Positions 52,122 to 64,000 of a stretch of DNA of 64,000 nt are shown here, piece after piece. Each line of letters starts with the position of its first letter. Within the stretch, counting starts at the first letter, position 1. A model generated the notes under the pieces. The model saw only the letters and a program-made list of their open reading frames with translations, was not told the origin of the DNA and did no database searches. The position numbers and the translations under genes are program-made. Source of the DNA: Lama glama (taxonomy: Eukaryota); contig CM052816.1 of assembly GCA_028534125.1 (NCBI GenBank), positions 53,508,001 through 53,572,000 of the forward strand, given 5' to 3'.

Positions 52122-52230
52122 CATGTTGACTAAGGTTTTGCATTTCTCGTTCTCGACGATCTAATTCTGCTGCTTTTCTTTCTAGTTCTTCCTGGCGCTT
52201 CAGAAGTTCAGCTTGGGCCAAGGCATGTTC
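52122..52230 (-). CDS. SCAMP1: SCAMP1 coding exon 4, 109 nt (coiled-coil region)
   Basis: tttag|GAACATGCC...CAACATG|gtagta; encodes [36 protein letters not shown](G); phase 0/1. Confidence 0.94.
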
Positions 52231-53166
52231 CTAAACAAAAAATAAGTGAATAGGGTCTCAGAAGTATAAAATACAGTAACATTTATACTTCTACTATACT
52301 CCTACTTCTCTACTATGCTAGAAACCTAATTCAAATACTCTTCCAAAATATAAGAATTCACTGAATATTACAGTTTCATAAGTATTATGGAAATATTTGG
52401 CCCATTTTGTCCTTTTGGTTATGAAAACTCTCAGTGGAAATGTTGGGCCCATTAGAACAAGAAAAAATTCTCTCAGCAAGAGCAGTCAAAATCCTAAGGT
52501 AATTGGGAAAACAAAATTAAGGTGAGAGTAAAGGACAGAAACAGAACAGTTGAGGAAAACAGACACATGGAGAAATGAGCAACTGAGCTGGCTCCTGTCA
52601 ATTGGGTTAAATGGTACATTAAGGTTCCCAATGCAAGAATACTGTACGATATCTTCTAGTTTATATGATAATGAGGTGAAAGGAAACTATGGTTAAGAAA
52701 TTCTGATTTCAGTTTAAGAAGAAATTCTCCATCTGCCTTCATGTAATACCAGGCATCCTGTTTATCTCCTTTTTTCTTGGTTTTTTTGCCACATTCTACT
52801 TCCTACCACTGTGCTCTGCTTAACCATCATAACTCTCTTCCAATAGTATCTGTTGATCTATCATTGTTATTGTAATGAAACTGTGTATTAAAAAGTGAAA
52901 CCAAAAGCAATAAAAATTTCACTACACAAATTGTACACCAAGATGATATATGAATTCAATACTGCTAATAACGGAATAAAGCAAATGTTATTAAGCTGAA
53001 AAAGAGTTATGAGTATTACAGGATTGAGAAGCTAGCTAATCCAGACTCAAAAGTGAGTTAAAAATTAAATAAGGAATAAACTATATAAAGAATTATTTCG
53101 CTCTGAAAGCAAATGTCATTGATATTTTAACTTCCAATATAAATTTACACATTAACATGGACTAAC

Positions 53167-53265
53167 CTTCGCAATCTGTGTATAAGCTGGATGTTCCTCT
53201 GTTGGTTTCATTATCGCTGGTTGTGTACTGGGTACATTAGGCATTTTCACATTGCCTGGTGGAGG
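53167..53265 (-). CDS. SCAMP1: SCAMP1 coding exon (exon 3 by human numbering), 99 nt
   Basis: cttag|CCTCCACCA...GCGAAG|gttagt; encodes [33 protein letters not shown]; phase 0/0. Confidence 0.95.
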
Positions 53266-54169
53266 CTAAGAAGATTAAGAAAAGGACAAATTATGTAACA
53301 TAGAAATCCAACTTCAACTTCTTTCAGAAAGTGTAACAAAATAAAAACCAAAATGGCAAGAACTGCCGCACTTCCTCCCCTAAATTCTCATAATCAAGTG
53401 TGTAGCAAAGAGCTACTTAAACTCTTCAATCTCATATTCATAAATTCACTCATTTCTCAACTATTCAATATGGCTGCTACCTCTAACACTACACCATTAA
53501 CACTCTTCTCTAGAATACTATACATTAAAAACAAAACAAAACAAAAGCCTCTAAGAGTATTTCTTTTTAATATAATACAGATAGCACCAAACTGAAGAAT
53601 TTACCATCGGAAACTGTCAACTAGGTTAACTGTCAACTCTTCCAACCTAACAAAGCTATGTGCCAGTGCCCTTAAAAAGTAAATAGGAGAGCTCTTGGCA
53701 GAACTCCATTAATGCTCCTTGAAAAAAATAAGTGGGAGTCATCAGGGAGATGGGAAATAAACTGCACAACCTCCACTTTTCCAGTGAGAATCAACAGTAA
53801 TTGAAAATAACTGCAAGTTCAAAAAGTAGGTAAATTATCTACAAGTCCATCATATGAGAATTGGTTAAATTACTGTGTATATACATTCGATGCACCCATC
53901 AAGAGGAATGAGTTGGAGATATAGAAGAATATCTTTTAAAATATTAAATTAATAAAGCCAACTACAAAACAGTATCCATATGGCCAGCTTTTTCTTTTAT
54001 GAACATTTGTACACGTCCAGAAAAATATCTGGAAGGTCTCAGTAAACTGCTATCAAAGCGATTTGCAACTTTTGCTTTATATGCTTCTCTCTTATTTGCC
54101 TTCTTTCCCCATTATACTACTTTTTTTAAGCTGAAAAATATTTGTAACTACTCTTTAAAATGGTCATAA

Positions 54170-56175
54170 GAAAAAGAAGACAACAAGAAAGACACAACCA
54201 AGGATATAACTGAAATACAGGTGACTCTAAATTTCATAAGGGAAGGCCAAGAGCTAAGAACAGGTCAGACAATTTTGAAGAATAAGACAGGCAGACCTAT
54301 GACATAAAGACTTATTATAAGGATATAGTAATAAACAATGTGGTACAGACGCAAAAGATAACAGAAATACACCAATAAACAGAGAGAAACAAACTCTCAG
54401 AAACTTGATACCCAACAGAGGTAAGACCACAAAACAGTTGAGAAATAACAATAAATGTCAATAAATAGTCAATAAATGATCCTGGGATAACTGGTTATTC
54501 AGATAGAACAGTTAAACTAGATTTCCTACTTGATATAATATGCAAAAATAAATTCCAGGTGGATTAATGACTGAAAAGTGAAAAAGCAAAATTTTAAACT
54601 TTTAGGGAAAAAAAACATGAATATTTTTATGAACTCAAGGTACAGAAGAGCTTCTCAAATACAAGCTATAGAAATCTTGTGTATCCTGTCGACAATGTAT
54701 CTCAAGTGTCTAAAACAGTGCCTGAAACACAGTAAGTGATCAATAAGGATCTGTAAAATTAAGGTTGCAAAACATAAACCATAGTGTTAAGACTGATGAG
54801 TTCAACTATACTAAAATTTAATAACAAAGTGAAGTCAAATCACAGACTGGGAAAAACTGATTATATGGCTATAACAACAGTAAAAAGAAAAAAAAAAAAC
54901 CCTACAACCCAGAATACGGGAAAAACTGCTACAAATTCATAAAAATGCAAAATACTAATAAAAAAATGGGCCAAAGATCTGAAGAGGCAATACAATAAAT
55001 ACAAATAAAAACATTAACTAATGGTTAAACCTCAATAGAAATACAAAAACAAAATATAAACAAGAAAAATACAAAAATAGTGACATCATTTCATAACCAC
55101 TAGGTAGGAAAATGTAAACTCAAATACAAAAATTTGTAATTATGGTAGATATACAATGATGGTGTATATAAAAATTAAAGCGTATGACCAAGACAGTTTT
55201 CCAAATAGGGGGGAAAAGTAAAGATTATCAATAAATCGGTGTTGTGACAAGTATTTAAATGTTCGGGAGAAAAAAATCAGATCCCTGTATCTTTCTAGAA
55301 TAAATTCCAAATGAATTAAAGTCCAAAGAAAAAAAAAGTATAAAGATAATAGAAATAGTATAGTACATAGAATATAGATGACTATCTGATCTTAGGTTGG
55401 AGAAAAGCCATGGGGTGAAGGGAGAGAAATTAAAATGAATAGGAAATATATATGACTACGTAAAAATTTAGAATTTTAATGACATAAACCATTTCATAAC
55501 CAAAATAGGCAAAATCTAAATAAGCAACACATAGACAATTAGTTAATACATTTCATCAAGTACAAATCAGTAAGAAATAGAAGCACATGTTACAGAGGAA
55601 AAATGCATTTTAAGAAATCTTTAATAGGCTGCTTGTAAAAGAAATACAAAAGGAAAATAAAGATTCAAAATGTTAACCTCATTAGTAATCAAAGAAATGC
55701 AAATTTCACCTAATTTATTTTTTAAATGATTATTACCATAAGATAACCAGCACATTTTGGAAAAGATATGGTAAAATGGGTATTCTCACACACTGATAAT
55801 GGGAATACAAACTAGTTCATATAATAATCCTGGGCACAATCTGGCATTATGTATAACAGCCACTGAAGTATTTATACTCTATGACCCATAAATAGCTACT
55901 CCTTAAAAAAAAACCACAGAAATAATCCAAGATACGCACAAATGTATGTATGCCAAAATGCTCCCTACAGCATTATTTGCAAAAGCAAAAAAAGTTAGAA
56001 ATACCCTAACTGTCCAAGAATAGATAAAATACAGGTAAATTGATAAATTATGATCCATCCATAGGAGAGTATATTATGCAGTTATTTAAAAGTTCTGAAA
56101 GAATATTTAATGAAATGAGAAAAGCTTGTACCAATTCTAAGTTGTAAAATGAAACTGAAGATACAGTATAGTTCC
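54170..56175 (+). mobile_element. Very old L1 (L1ME-like) ORF2 3' fragments; continues at 57618-57700
   Basis: aagacttattataagg...aataaatgatcctgggataactgg...aaataaattccaggtggatta; attagtaatcaaagaaatgcaaat. Confidence 0.7.
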
Positions 56176-56188
56176 AATTTTTTATTTT

Positions 56189-57602
56189 TTCAACGTAAGT
56201 ACAATTGACTGACAACATTGTGTTAATTTCTAGTGTACAGCACAGTGATTCAGTTATACATATATTTTCTTTCTCATACTCTTTTTCATTATGGGTTAGT
56301 ACAAGATACTGAATATAGTTTCCTGCGCTGTACAGTAGGGCCTTATTGTTTACGTATTATATATATACAGTAGTTTGTATCTGCTATTCCCAAATCCTAA
56401 CTTTTCCCTATCCCGTCTTCCTCTTTGGTAACCCTAAATTTGCTTTCTACATGTGAGTCTGTTTCAGTTTTGTGAGTAAGTTCATTTGTGTCATTCTTTT
56501 AGATTCCACATGAGGGATAGATGATAGCCATCTTTCTGTCTGACTTACTTCACTAAGTATAATAATTTCTAGGTCCATCCATGTTGCTGCAAACGGCATT
56601 ATTTTATTCTTTTCTGTGGCTGACGAGTAGTCTAGTGTGTGTGTGCATCTATCACAATTTCTTTATCCAGTCACCTGTTGATGGACATTTAGGTTGCTTC
56701 CATGTCTTCACCGCTGTAAATAGTACTGCTATGAACCTTGGGGTGCATGTATCTTTTCAAATTAGAGTTTTCTCTGGACATATGCCCAGGAGTCAGATTG
56801 CTGGATAAAATGGTAACTCTACTTTTAGTTCTTCAAGGCATCTCCATCCTGTTAGGTGCACCAAATTACATTCCCACCAACAGTGTAGGAAGGTTCCCTT
56901 TTCTCCATATCCTCTCCAGCATTTATCATTTGTGGACTTTTTAAGGATGGCCATTCTGACCAGTGTGAGGTGATACCTCATTGTAGTTTTCATTTGCATT
57001 TCCTGAATAATTAGTGATGGTGAGCATCTTTTCATGTGCCTGTTGCCATTTGTATGTCTTCATTGGAGAAATGTCTGTTTAAGTCTTCTGCCCATTTTTT
57101 GATTAGGTTGTTTGTTTTTTGTTATTGAGTTATATGAGCTGTTTGTACATTTTGGAAGTTAAGCCCCTGTCAGATACACCATTTGTAAATATTTTCTCCC
57201 AGTCTGTAGGTTGTCTTTTCATTTTGTTTATGGTTTCCTTTGCTGTGCAAAAAAGCTTGTAAGTTTAATTAGGTTCCATTTATTTTTGCTTTTATTGCTA
57301 TGGCCTTGGGTAGACTGATCTAGGAAAACATCACTATGATTTATGTCAGAGAATGTTTTGCCTATGTTCTCCTCTAGGAGATTTACAGCATCCTCTCTTA
57401 TGTTTAAATCTTTAAGCTATTTTGAGCTTATTTTTGTGTATGGTGTGAGGGAGTGTTCTAATTTCAGATTTATATGTCGCTGTCCTACTTTCCCAACACC
57501 ACTTGCCAAGACAGTCTTTCCTCCATTGTATATTCTTGCCTTCTGTCAAAGATCAATTAACCACAGGTGTGTGCATTTATTTCTGGGCTCTATATTCTGT
57601 CC
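56189..57602 (-). mobile_element. L1 3' end (1.4 kb), minus strand, with 15-bp TSD
   Basis: ORF 56793..57035 [34 protein letters not shown]...HCWWEC is the L1 ORF2 C-terminus; TSD ccaattttttatttt (56174-56188) / ccaattttctatttt (57603-57617). Confidence 0.92.
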
Positions 57603-57933
57603 CCAATTTTCTATTTTAAAATATATCAATATGTTAACAGTGATTATTTCTGGATAGTGGAATTAAAAACTTTTTCTTGTATTTTTTATCTCTACTATAA
57701 TCTTTTGTTACTATCTATTCCTATTATGTTTCCCTGCTCAAATATTTCATATTAATAGGCAGAAAAACTGAAGCTGATCAATCCTAACTGTTCCTCAACC
57801 ATAAAATCATGGTCCTAAAGCATCTTGGTTTAATAAGTAACAATCACAAAACAATGACCAAATAAAATGCCTGACAAAGTTAGTTTGGCAGCACACTTCA
57901 GGAAAAGCACACAATAAGTTACTCAATTGACCC

Positions 57934-58408
57934 AAAAAAATGACAACATAATGCCATTTGCAGCAACATGGATGTCCCTGGAGAATGTCATTCTAAGTGA
58001 AGTAAGCCAGAAAGAGAAAGAAAAATACCATATGATATGGCTCATATGTAGAATCTAAAAAAAAAAAAAAAAAAAAAAAGACGACAAATGAACTTATATA
58101 TAAAACAGAAACAGACTCAGACACGGAATACAAACTTCTGGTTGCCAGGGGAGAGGAGGGTGGAAAGGGATAGACTGGGAGTTCGAAATCTGTAGATACT
58201 GACAGGTATATATAGAATAGGTATACAAATTTATACTGTATAGCACAGGGAAATATATACAAGATCTTGTGGTAGCTCATGGTGAAAAGGACCATGACAA
58301 TGAATATATGTATGTTCATGTATGACTGAAAAATTGTGCTCTACACTGGAAATTGACACAACATTGTAAACTGACTATAACTCAATAAAATAAATTTTTT
58401 AAAAAAAG
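57934..58408 (+). mobile_element. Young L1 3' end with long internal A tract
   Basis: aatgccatttgcagcaacatggatg...aagtgaagtaagccagaaagagaaagaaaaataccatatgat...aactgactataactcaataaaa. Confidence 0.92.
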
Positions 58409-60114
58409 AATTCTCCCAGCTGAAACTATACTGTCAATTCTTTACTGCTTTAAATAACAAATGAAGTACTAAGTACAATGAATTAGTAGATAAGGAAGAA
58501 GGCTCAGATAGAGCTAGTAACTTGACATATTAGAGGTAACAGTTGCTCGTGTTATAGCAATGAAGAGAAATGTTGGAGAAGCACAAATCTCTGATACCAA
58601 TGGTATTAATCTGACAGCTAGTATCTCAATAATTTCCTCTAAGTTGTCAATGTTAGCTAAATCTCTGCTCAGCTCTGGAACCCAGTATTTTCAATAGCCA
58701 CAACATGCTTGATTAGCCACCTCAAGCCAAGTACAAACTCTTGTCATAAACTAAAGACCTGTTCTGATGATGGTTCCAAATTATTTTCCAACTTTTCACT
58801 TTTACACTTATGAATAAAAAGCATATTAAAACAATCCATTCAATGCTTCCATTTGTGGCAATACAACAGACTACACAAATGTAGTGACACCTTTGATATA
58901 TAGTACCTAAAAATGCTGATTCAAATTTCATTTGAATAATATTGTAAATACATGACTAAACTGATAGGAAATCCTGGGAGGCCAGAAAGTGGGAAAAACT
59001 GCAAATCCAAACAAAGAAGAGCTTTGATGCTATGCCATTAACAAAATCATGAGGGCTTAATAAGCTGGAGACAAAGCTTGGGAGCCCATACAAGGTAAAA
59101 ATCAATCTGAGATTGCTGCATAAAGCTAGGACTTCCTAAAAAGCAACACTCCCAGTGGATAAGCAAAAAAGCAGCTTCACAGAAAGAAATAGTATGAATA
59201 CTTGCCTGTCTTGCCCTCGACTCTGTATACAGAAGGAGGAAAAAAAAAGAAAGAAAGAAATCCTCCCTGATTACTTCTAATCATAAATCTGCCAACTTGT
59301 AGACTTGGGGCCAGAATTCACACCACCACCACAGACAAAATACTTCAAGTTGAAATGTTCATTTCAAGGACCCCAGGTTGATAGTGACTTCATGTTCCTC
59401 GCAAAAGTAAAGGAACACACTTAAAAGCTGGGCTTCGAGGAATTTTCACAGCTGAAGTTTCAAGTAACTTTGGCTCATGATTTAAACACAGAAGGAAGCA
59501 AGCCCACCAGGAGCAAGGGTCCTCAGACATACAAGACCAGAGAGACTGGAATTACATATAAAACGATAGATATGCTTAATAAAGAAATAAAAGGTAACAA
59601 AACTGTGACTAAGCAACAAGAGACTATAAGGAATTACCAAATATCTTTTTTAAATGATACAAATGGAACTTAAAGAAATAAAAACTATAAAAATTGGAAT
59701 TATAAATTTAATAGACAAGTGAAATGACAGACTATACAAAGATGAAGAGATAAGAAAATGGAGGTGGCTCTAAAGAAACTGCACAGAATGTAGCAGGAGA
59801 AAGAAAACGAAAATCTGAGAGGTTAAGAGAAATGAGAAGAGTGAAAAGGTACAACAAAGAGAGCCAGAAGAGAATGAGAGAGCGTCCGCATTCAAGGGGA
59901 ATGGGAGGACACTAATTCTCAGATTAAAAACTCCAAAACCCAAACTACATTTTTAAAAAGTTAACATCTAGACACACTATAGTGAAAGAGCAAACCTAAG
60001 AACAAGAGCTCTTAAAACCATCGTAAGAAAGCTCTTACAGTGAAAGCTCTTATAGTGAAAGAGCAAAACCTAAGAACAAGAGCTCTTAAAACCATCGTAA
60101 GCTCTTAAAACCAT

Positions 60115-61625
60115 GTAATCAAGATGGGGGAGTAGGAAGACCCTGAGCTCACCTCCTCCCATGGGCACACCAAAATTACAACTACTTACAACTATTGATG
60201 CGAACGACCTGAAGATTAGCAGAGATCCCCTGCAACTAAAGATATAAAGAAGGAGGCGCAGTGAGACGATTAGCAGGGGCAGAGTCACAGTACAGTCAAG
60301 AACCATACTCTGGGTAGGCAACCCACAAACAGGAGATAATCACAACTGCAGACATTCTCCCAAGGAATGATGTGTCTGAGCCCAACATTGGGCTCCCCTC
60401 CCTGTGGGTCCTGCATTGAGAAGATGAGCCCCTGGAATTTGGAGGCCAGCAGGGTTTGCTTTTGAGAGTGAGAGGAATGGAGAAAACAGACTCCACACTC
60501 AAAGGGCACATGCTAAATGTCAGCTGCTCCAGGACCCAGGGCAGAAGCAGTCCTTTGAATGTAGCCTGGGCCAGATCCACTTGCTTATCTTGGAGAGCCT
60601 CCCAGTGAGGGAAGAGGCAACTGGGACTCATCCCGGGAATACAGACGCTGGTGGCAGCCATTTGGGGAGCACATTCTACAATGAGAACACTGGTGCTGGC
60701 AAGCACCATTCTGGAATCCTCCTGCTAGCTTCTTAGTGCCAGGACCTGACCCACTCACTAGAAAGCTAGGTGCCCTAGATCCCCCTGAGCCTCCAGCTGC
60801 CCCAGGACACAGTTCTGCCCACCAGAAGGCTCAGAACCATTGATGAATGGATAAAGAAAATGTGGTGTGTGTGTGTGTATGTGTGTATGTATGTGTATGT
60901 GTGTGTGTGTGTGTGTGTATATGTAAACATATATAATGGAATATTACTCGGCCATAAAAAAGGATGAAATCTTAGCCATTTGTGACAACGTGGAATGACC
61001 TAGAGGGTATCATGCTAAATGAAATAAGTCAGACATAAAAAAAGGCAAATACTACACTAATTCAATCTATGTAGAATCTGAAAAACAAAACAAATGAAGA
61101 AACAACAAAATAGAAACAGACTCATAAATACAAAGAACAGAGAACTATGTAATATCTTTGTATGGTGACAGATGGTAACTAGACTTATCATGGTGATCAT
61201 TTAATATCCAATCACTACATTATGTAACAGGAACAAGAATAGTGCTGTAGGTCAATTATACTTTAAAAACAAACTCATAGAAAAAGAGATCAGATTTGTG
61301 GTTACCAGAGGCAGGGAGTGGGGAGATGGGAACTGGTTGGAGTCAAAAGGTATAAACTTCCAGTTATAAGATAAATAAGTACTAGGGATGTAATGTACAA
61401 CATGATAAATACTACATACTACATACGAAAGTTAAGAGAGTAAACTCTAAGAGTTTCCATCACAAAGAAAAAAATTTTGATTTCTTTCATTTTGTATCCA
61501 TATGAGATTATGTTCACTAAACTTGGTGTGGTAATCATTGCATGATGTATGTAAGTCAAATCATTGTGCTGTACACCTTAAACTTATACAGTGCCATGTC
61601 TCAAAAACCTGAAGAAAAAAAAAAA
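60115..61625 (+). mobile_element. Internally deleted L1: 5' UTR fused to 3' end
   Basis: caagatgggggagtaggaagaccctgagctcacctcctccc L1 5' UTR start; switches at ~60838 to tgatgaatggataaagaaaatgtgg (end of ORF2), then 3' UTR and A tail. Confidence 0.85.
60866..60920. repeat. Interrupted (TG)n/(TATG) microsatellite inside an L1 3' end
   Basis: tgtgtgtgtgtgtatgtgtgtatgtatgtgtatgtgtgtg... Confidence 0.85.
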
Positions 61626-62847
61626 CAAGACACAATACCCACACAAAGGAATCCAGTAAGAATGAGAGCTATTTTCTCAACAGCAACAACAGAAGCCTGA
61701 GTAGAATGTGCCAAACTGATGAGAGAAAATAACTGTCAATGTGCACATCTAAATCCAGTGGGATTAGCTTTTGAGAACCAAGGTGAAATAATAAATACTT
61801 ATCTATAAATACTAAAAGATTTACTACCAACAGACCCTCACTAAAGGAACTTCTACCTTAGGAATAGGAAAAATAGTATCAGAAGGAATATTTGAGATAC
61901 AAGAGGGAGGATCTTCCTGCCTCATTGGGCACTTTAGAGTATATCATCTCCACTTCACCCTCATCAAAACTGCAGACACAGGAGAGTCAACCTAACTGTA
62001 GAAGAAAAAAGAATACTCTAGTGCAACTGGATGTAGTGTAGTAAGATGAGCTCTTCTCCTCCTGACAGTCCTGAAACTGCTGTCACTGCTCTGGCAGCCC
62101 CTGGGAAAAACCTGAAGTACTGAAAAAAGCACCGAAGGTACAAAAATGGGAGACAGAAAAATTAAGAGAAGCCAAGAGAATAGGGAAGTGACCTTGTGGA
62201 CAGAGAACTGGCCAGAGCAAGGCTCAATATCCTACTTTCATGGTGGGTGAAATTTCACAAGTTAGGAATAGAATGTATTTTTTAAATCTCTGTAGAAGTT
62301 ATAATTCTTATATACTTTATGTGGTTACAATTATATTTTAACACAAATAACATTTTTTACAGTGGGATATGTTTTATTGAGATATGTTGTAAAAGCACAG
62401 ATGCAGGGTATCTAAAGCAGGGAAAGTTGCTGGGCAAGGGTGACAGAAGGCAGTCCACCAGGATCAACTCTGTGTTGTGTGGCTTTGGAGACCTCAACTA
62501 GGACCAAAAGCTAAAAATTACAAGAAGACATATTTCCACTCAATAGAATTAAGAATACTATAATAATCGTAGAAATACAATAGTGGATGGACTTTTCTAT
62601 AACATAATGAGCTCTCTGCATTGTAAGTTCCAAAGATGTTTTGTTAGTAAATAAATAGGTATGTAAGATCCCTTCAAGGCATAGGAGGTCCCCAAGTTGT
62701 CTTTCTCAAGCATAAAACAAATATGGTCTCCTTCCTGGTTTTCTTCCATATTCAAAACACCTATTTAAGAAAATTTCTCCTTGTTCTTTCCTGCTCTTTT
62801 TCTGCCATCTGTGAACCAAAAATGTTTCTAAGTATACTCACGTCTAA

Positions 62848-63050
62848 AGCAATGTTTCTTAATGTGTTCATAGATCTCCTGCATCATAAAGCCCTGGTGC
62901 TTATTGAAAAGGCAAACTCTAGGCCCCACTGTAGACATACTGATTCAAAAACTCAGGGGTTGAAGAAAAGAAGTTTGCGTTTTTAACAAGCTCACATTTC
63001 TAGTAAGCTCCCCAGGGTGATTCTTATACACCTTGAAATTTGAGAACTTC
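62848..63050. mobile_element. MER5-like hAT MITE
   Basis: caatgtttcttaa...aggcaaactctaggcccca...tttttaacaagctc...ggtgattcttatacaccttgaaatttgagaac. Confidence 0.7.
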
Positions 63051-63417
63051 CCTTTAAGGCAACAACGTTTACAGCCTCTGTAAACCATTGTCGTATTCTT
63101 TCACCTAATGGAGAGACTACCAAAAGAAACCTAAAATGTTCTGCAGCTTTCACTGACTTTATCAGTCTCTGAGTAGACAAGAACTGATTGTAGCTATGCC
63201 TAACAAAGATTTCCCTGTTACTAAAGGTGGTGAAAATGAAACATAATGTCAGAGTCAGGACAAACAGAAATAATTTTATAATAGATGAACATTTTAAAAT
63301 AAGGCTTTAAGGATTAGAACTGAGGGAGGAGATACACAATAGGAGGAAAGAAGGGATATACAAGAACAGGTGTTACCAAGTAGAGAAAGGCACATAGAGG
63401 AAGAGCAGTGTGACCAA

Positions 63418-64000
63418 ACATTCATTCATTCATCAACTACAACACTCACTGATCAACTACAATGTGACACAAACAATTACAGACACTACACTAATGAACA
63501 AAATAGGTAAGCATCCCTACTTCCATGGAGCTTATAGTCTAGCAATGGAAGATAAACAATACATATAATAAATACGTTATAGAGTATCTTAGAAGGCAGT
63601 AAATTTTATGGAACAAAAACGAAAATGAACAGGGTAGAGAGGTCATGAGTAAAAGCTGAACAGGGCTAATTTTACAAAGGTGGTTAGGGAAGCCAATATT
63701 TGAGCAAAGACTTTATGGAGGTGAAGAAGTCAGCTTTGCAGATATCTGGGGGAAGACCATCTTAGGCAGAAGGAACAGTCAAAGCAAAGTCAGGAGAATG
63801 CTTGGCCTTAGGAAGACCAGTGTGCTGAGAAAGAGTACATGGGAGACGAGTGAGGAGATAAGAGTGAGAGACATTAGAGACCAGATTATAGGCTATTTAA
63901 ACATTCCTGGCTTTACTCTAAAGAAAATTAAAAGCTCGTGAAGAGTTCTAAGCAGGAGACTGAAATGATCAACTCTTTTTCAGGGGATCACTCTGGCTAC
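63418..64000 (-). mobile_element. L2 3' end, running off the window edge
   Basis: cattcattcattca tail; catggagcttatagtctag; ggtggttagggaagcc; tttgagcaaagact; ggcagaaggaacag; ggatcactctggct. Confidence 0.85.

Larger units (their letters stand above)
8424..53265 (-). other. SCAMP1: SCAMP1 gene span present in window (coding exons 3-9; 5' exons lie outside the window)
   Basis: Seven GT-AG exons splice in frame to [28 protein letters not shown]...[19 protein letters not shown]...NAFKGNQI*, which matches the recalled mammalian SCAMP1 protein. I found no exon encoding the N-terminal NPF repeats in 53266-64000. Confidence 0.97.
58960..61900 (+). mobile_element. Old L1 5' region and ORF1 (host of the 60115-61625 insertion)
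   Basis: ORF1-like acatctagacacactatagtgaaa before the insertion and acacaaaggaatcc...ttctcaacagcaacaacagaagcc...ccaacagaccctcactaaaggaacttcta after it. Confidence 0.65.

Noticed and set aside
60070..60709. Minus-strand ORFs of 83, 74 and 137 aa
   Set aside because: They are antisense frames in a GC-richer L1 5' UTR. Nothing here supports translation or an ORF0-like role.
1..64000. A novel multi-gene system, CRISPR array or other prokaryote-type locus
   Set aside because: The window is explained by one spliced mammalian gene plus transposon debris. There is no regular repeat-spacer array and no long unexplained ORF.
53266..64000. SCAMP1 exon 2 or promoter
   Set aside because: I found no sequence encoding the NPF-containing N-terminus and no CpG island. 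The GC-richer block at 60120-60835 is an L1 5' UTR.

Overview
AT-rich mammalian genomic DNA, not prokaryotic. The window holds the 3' part of SCAMP1 (secretory carrier membrane protein 1) on the minus strand. Seven coding exons are present (99, 109, 129, 160, 102, 118 and 165 nt; exons 3-9 by the human structure as I recall it). All are flanked by GT-AG sites, keep one reading frame and end in ...[12 protein letters not shown], followed by a repeat-poor 3' UTR of about 4.5 kb. Exons 1-2 lie beyond the right edge. The rest is intronic or flanking sequence full of transposon remnants: L1s of several ages (mostly antisense to the gene), six copies of a tRNA-Ala-derived SINE of the camelid vic-1 type (suggesting camel, llama or alpaca), MIR, L2, Tigger and Charlie MITEs, and LTRs. 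Almost all ORF-track entries are L1 debris or chance ORFs. I found no evidence of a new multi-gene biological system. The best leads are small: an unidentified 124-bp insert with direct repeats and AATAAA, a 1.5-kb L1 reduced to its 5' UTR and 3' end with a patchwork duplication at its 5' junction, a candidate cryptic SCAMP1 exon, and a composite two-LTR insertion. Repeat family names come from recalled consensus sequences, and their boundaries are approximate unless TSDs or TIRs are given.
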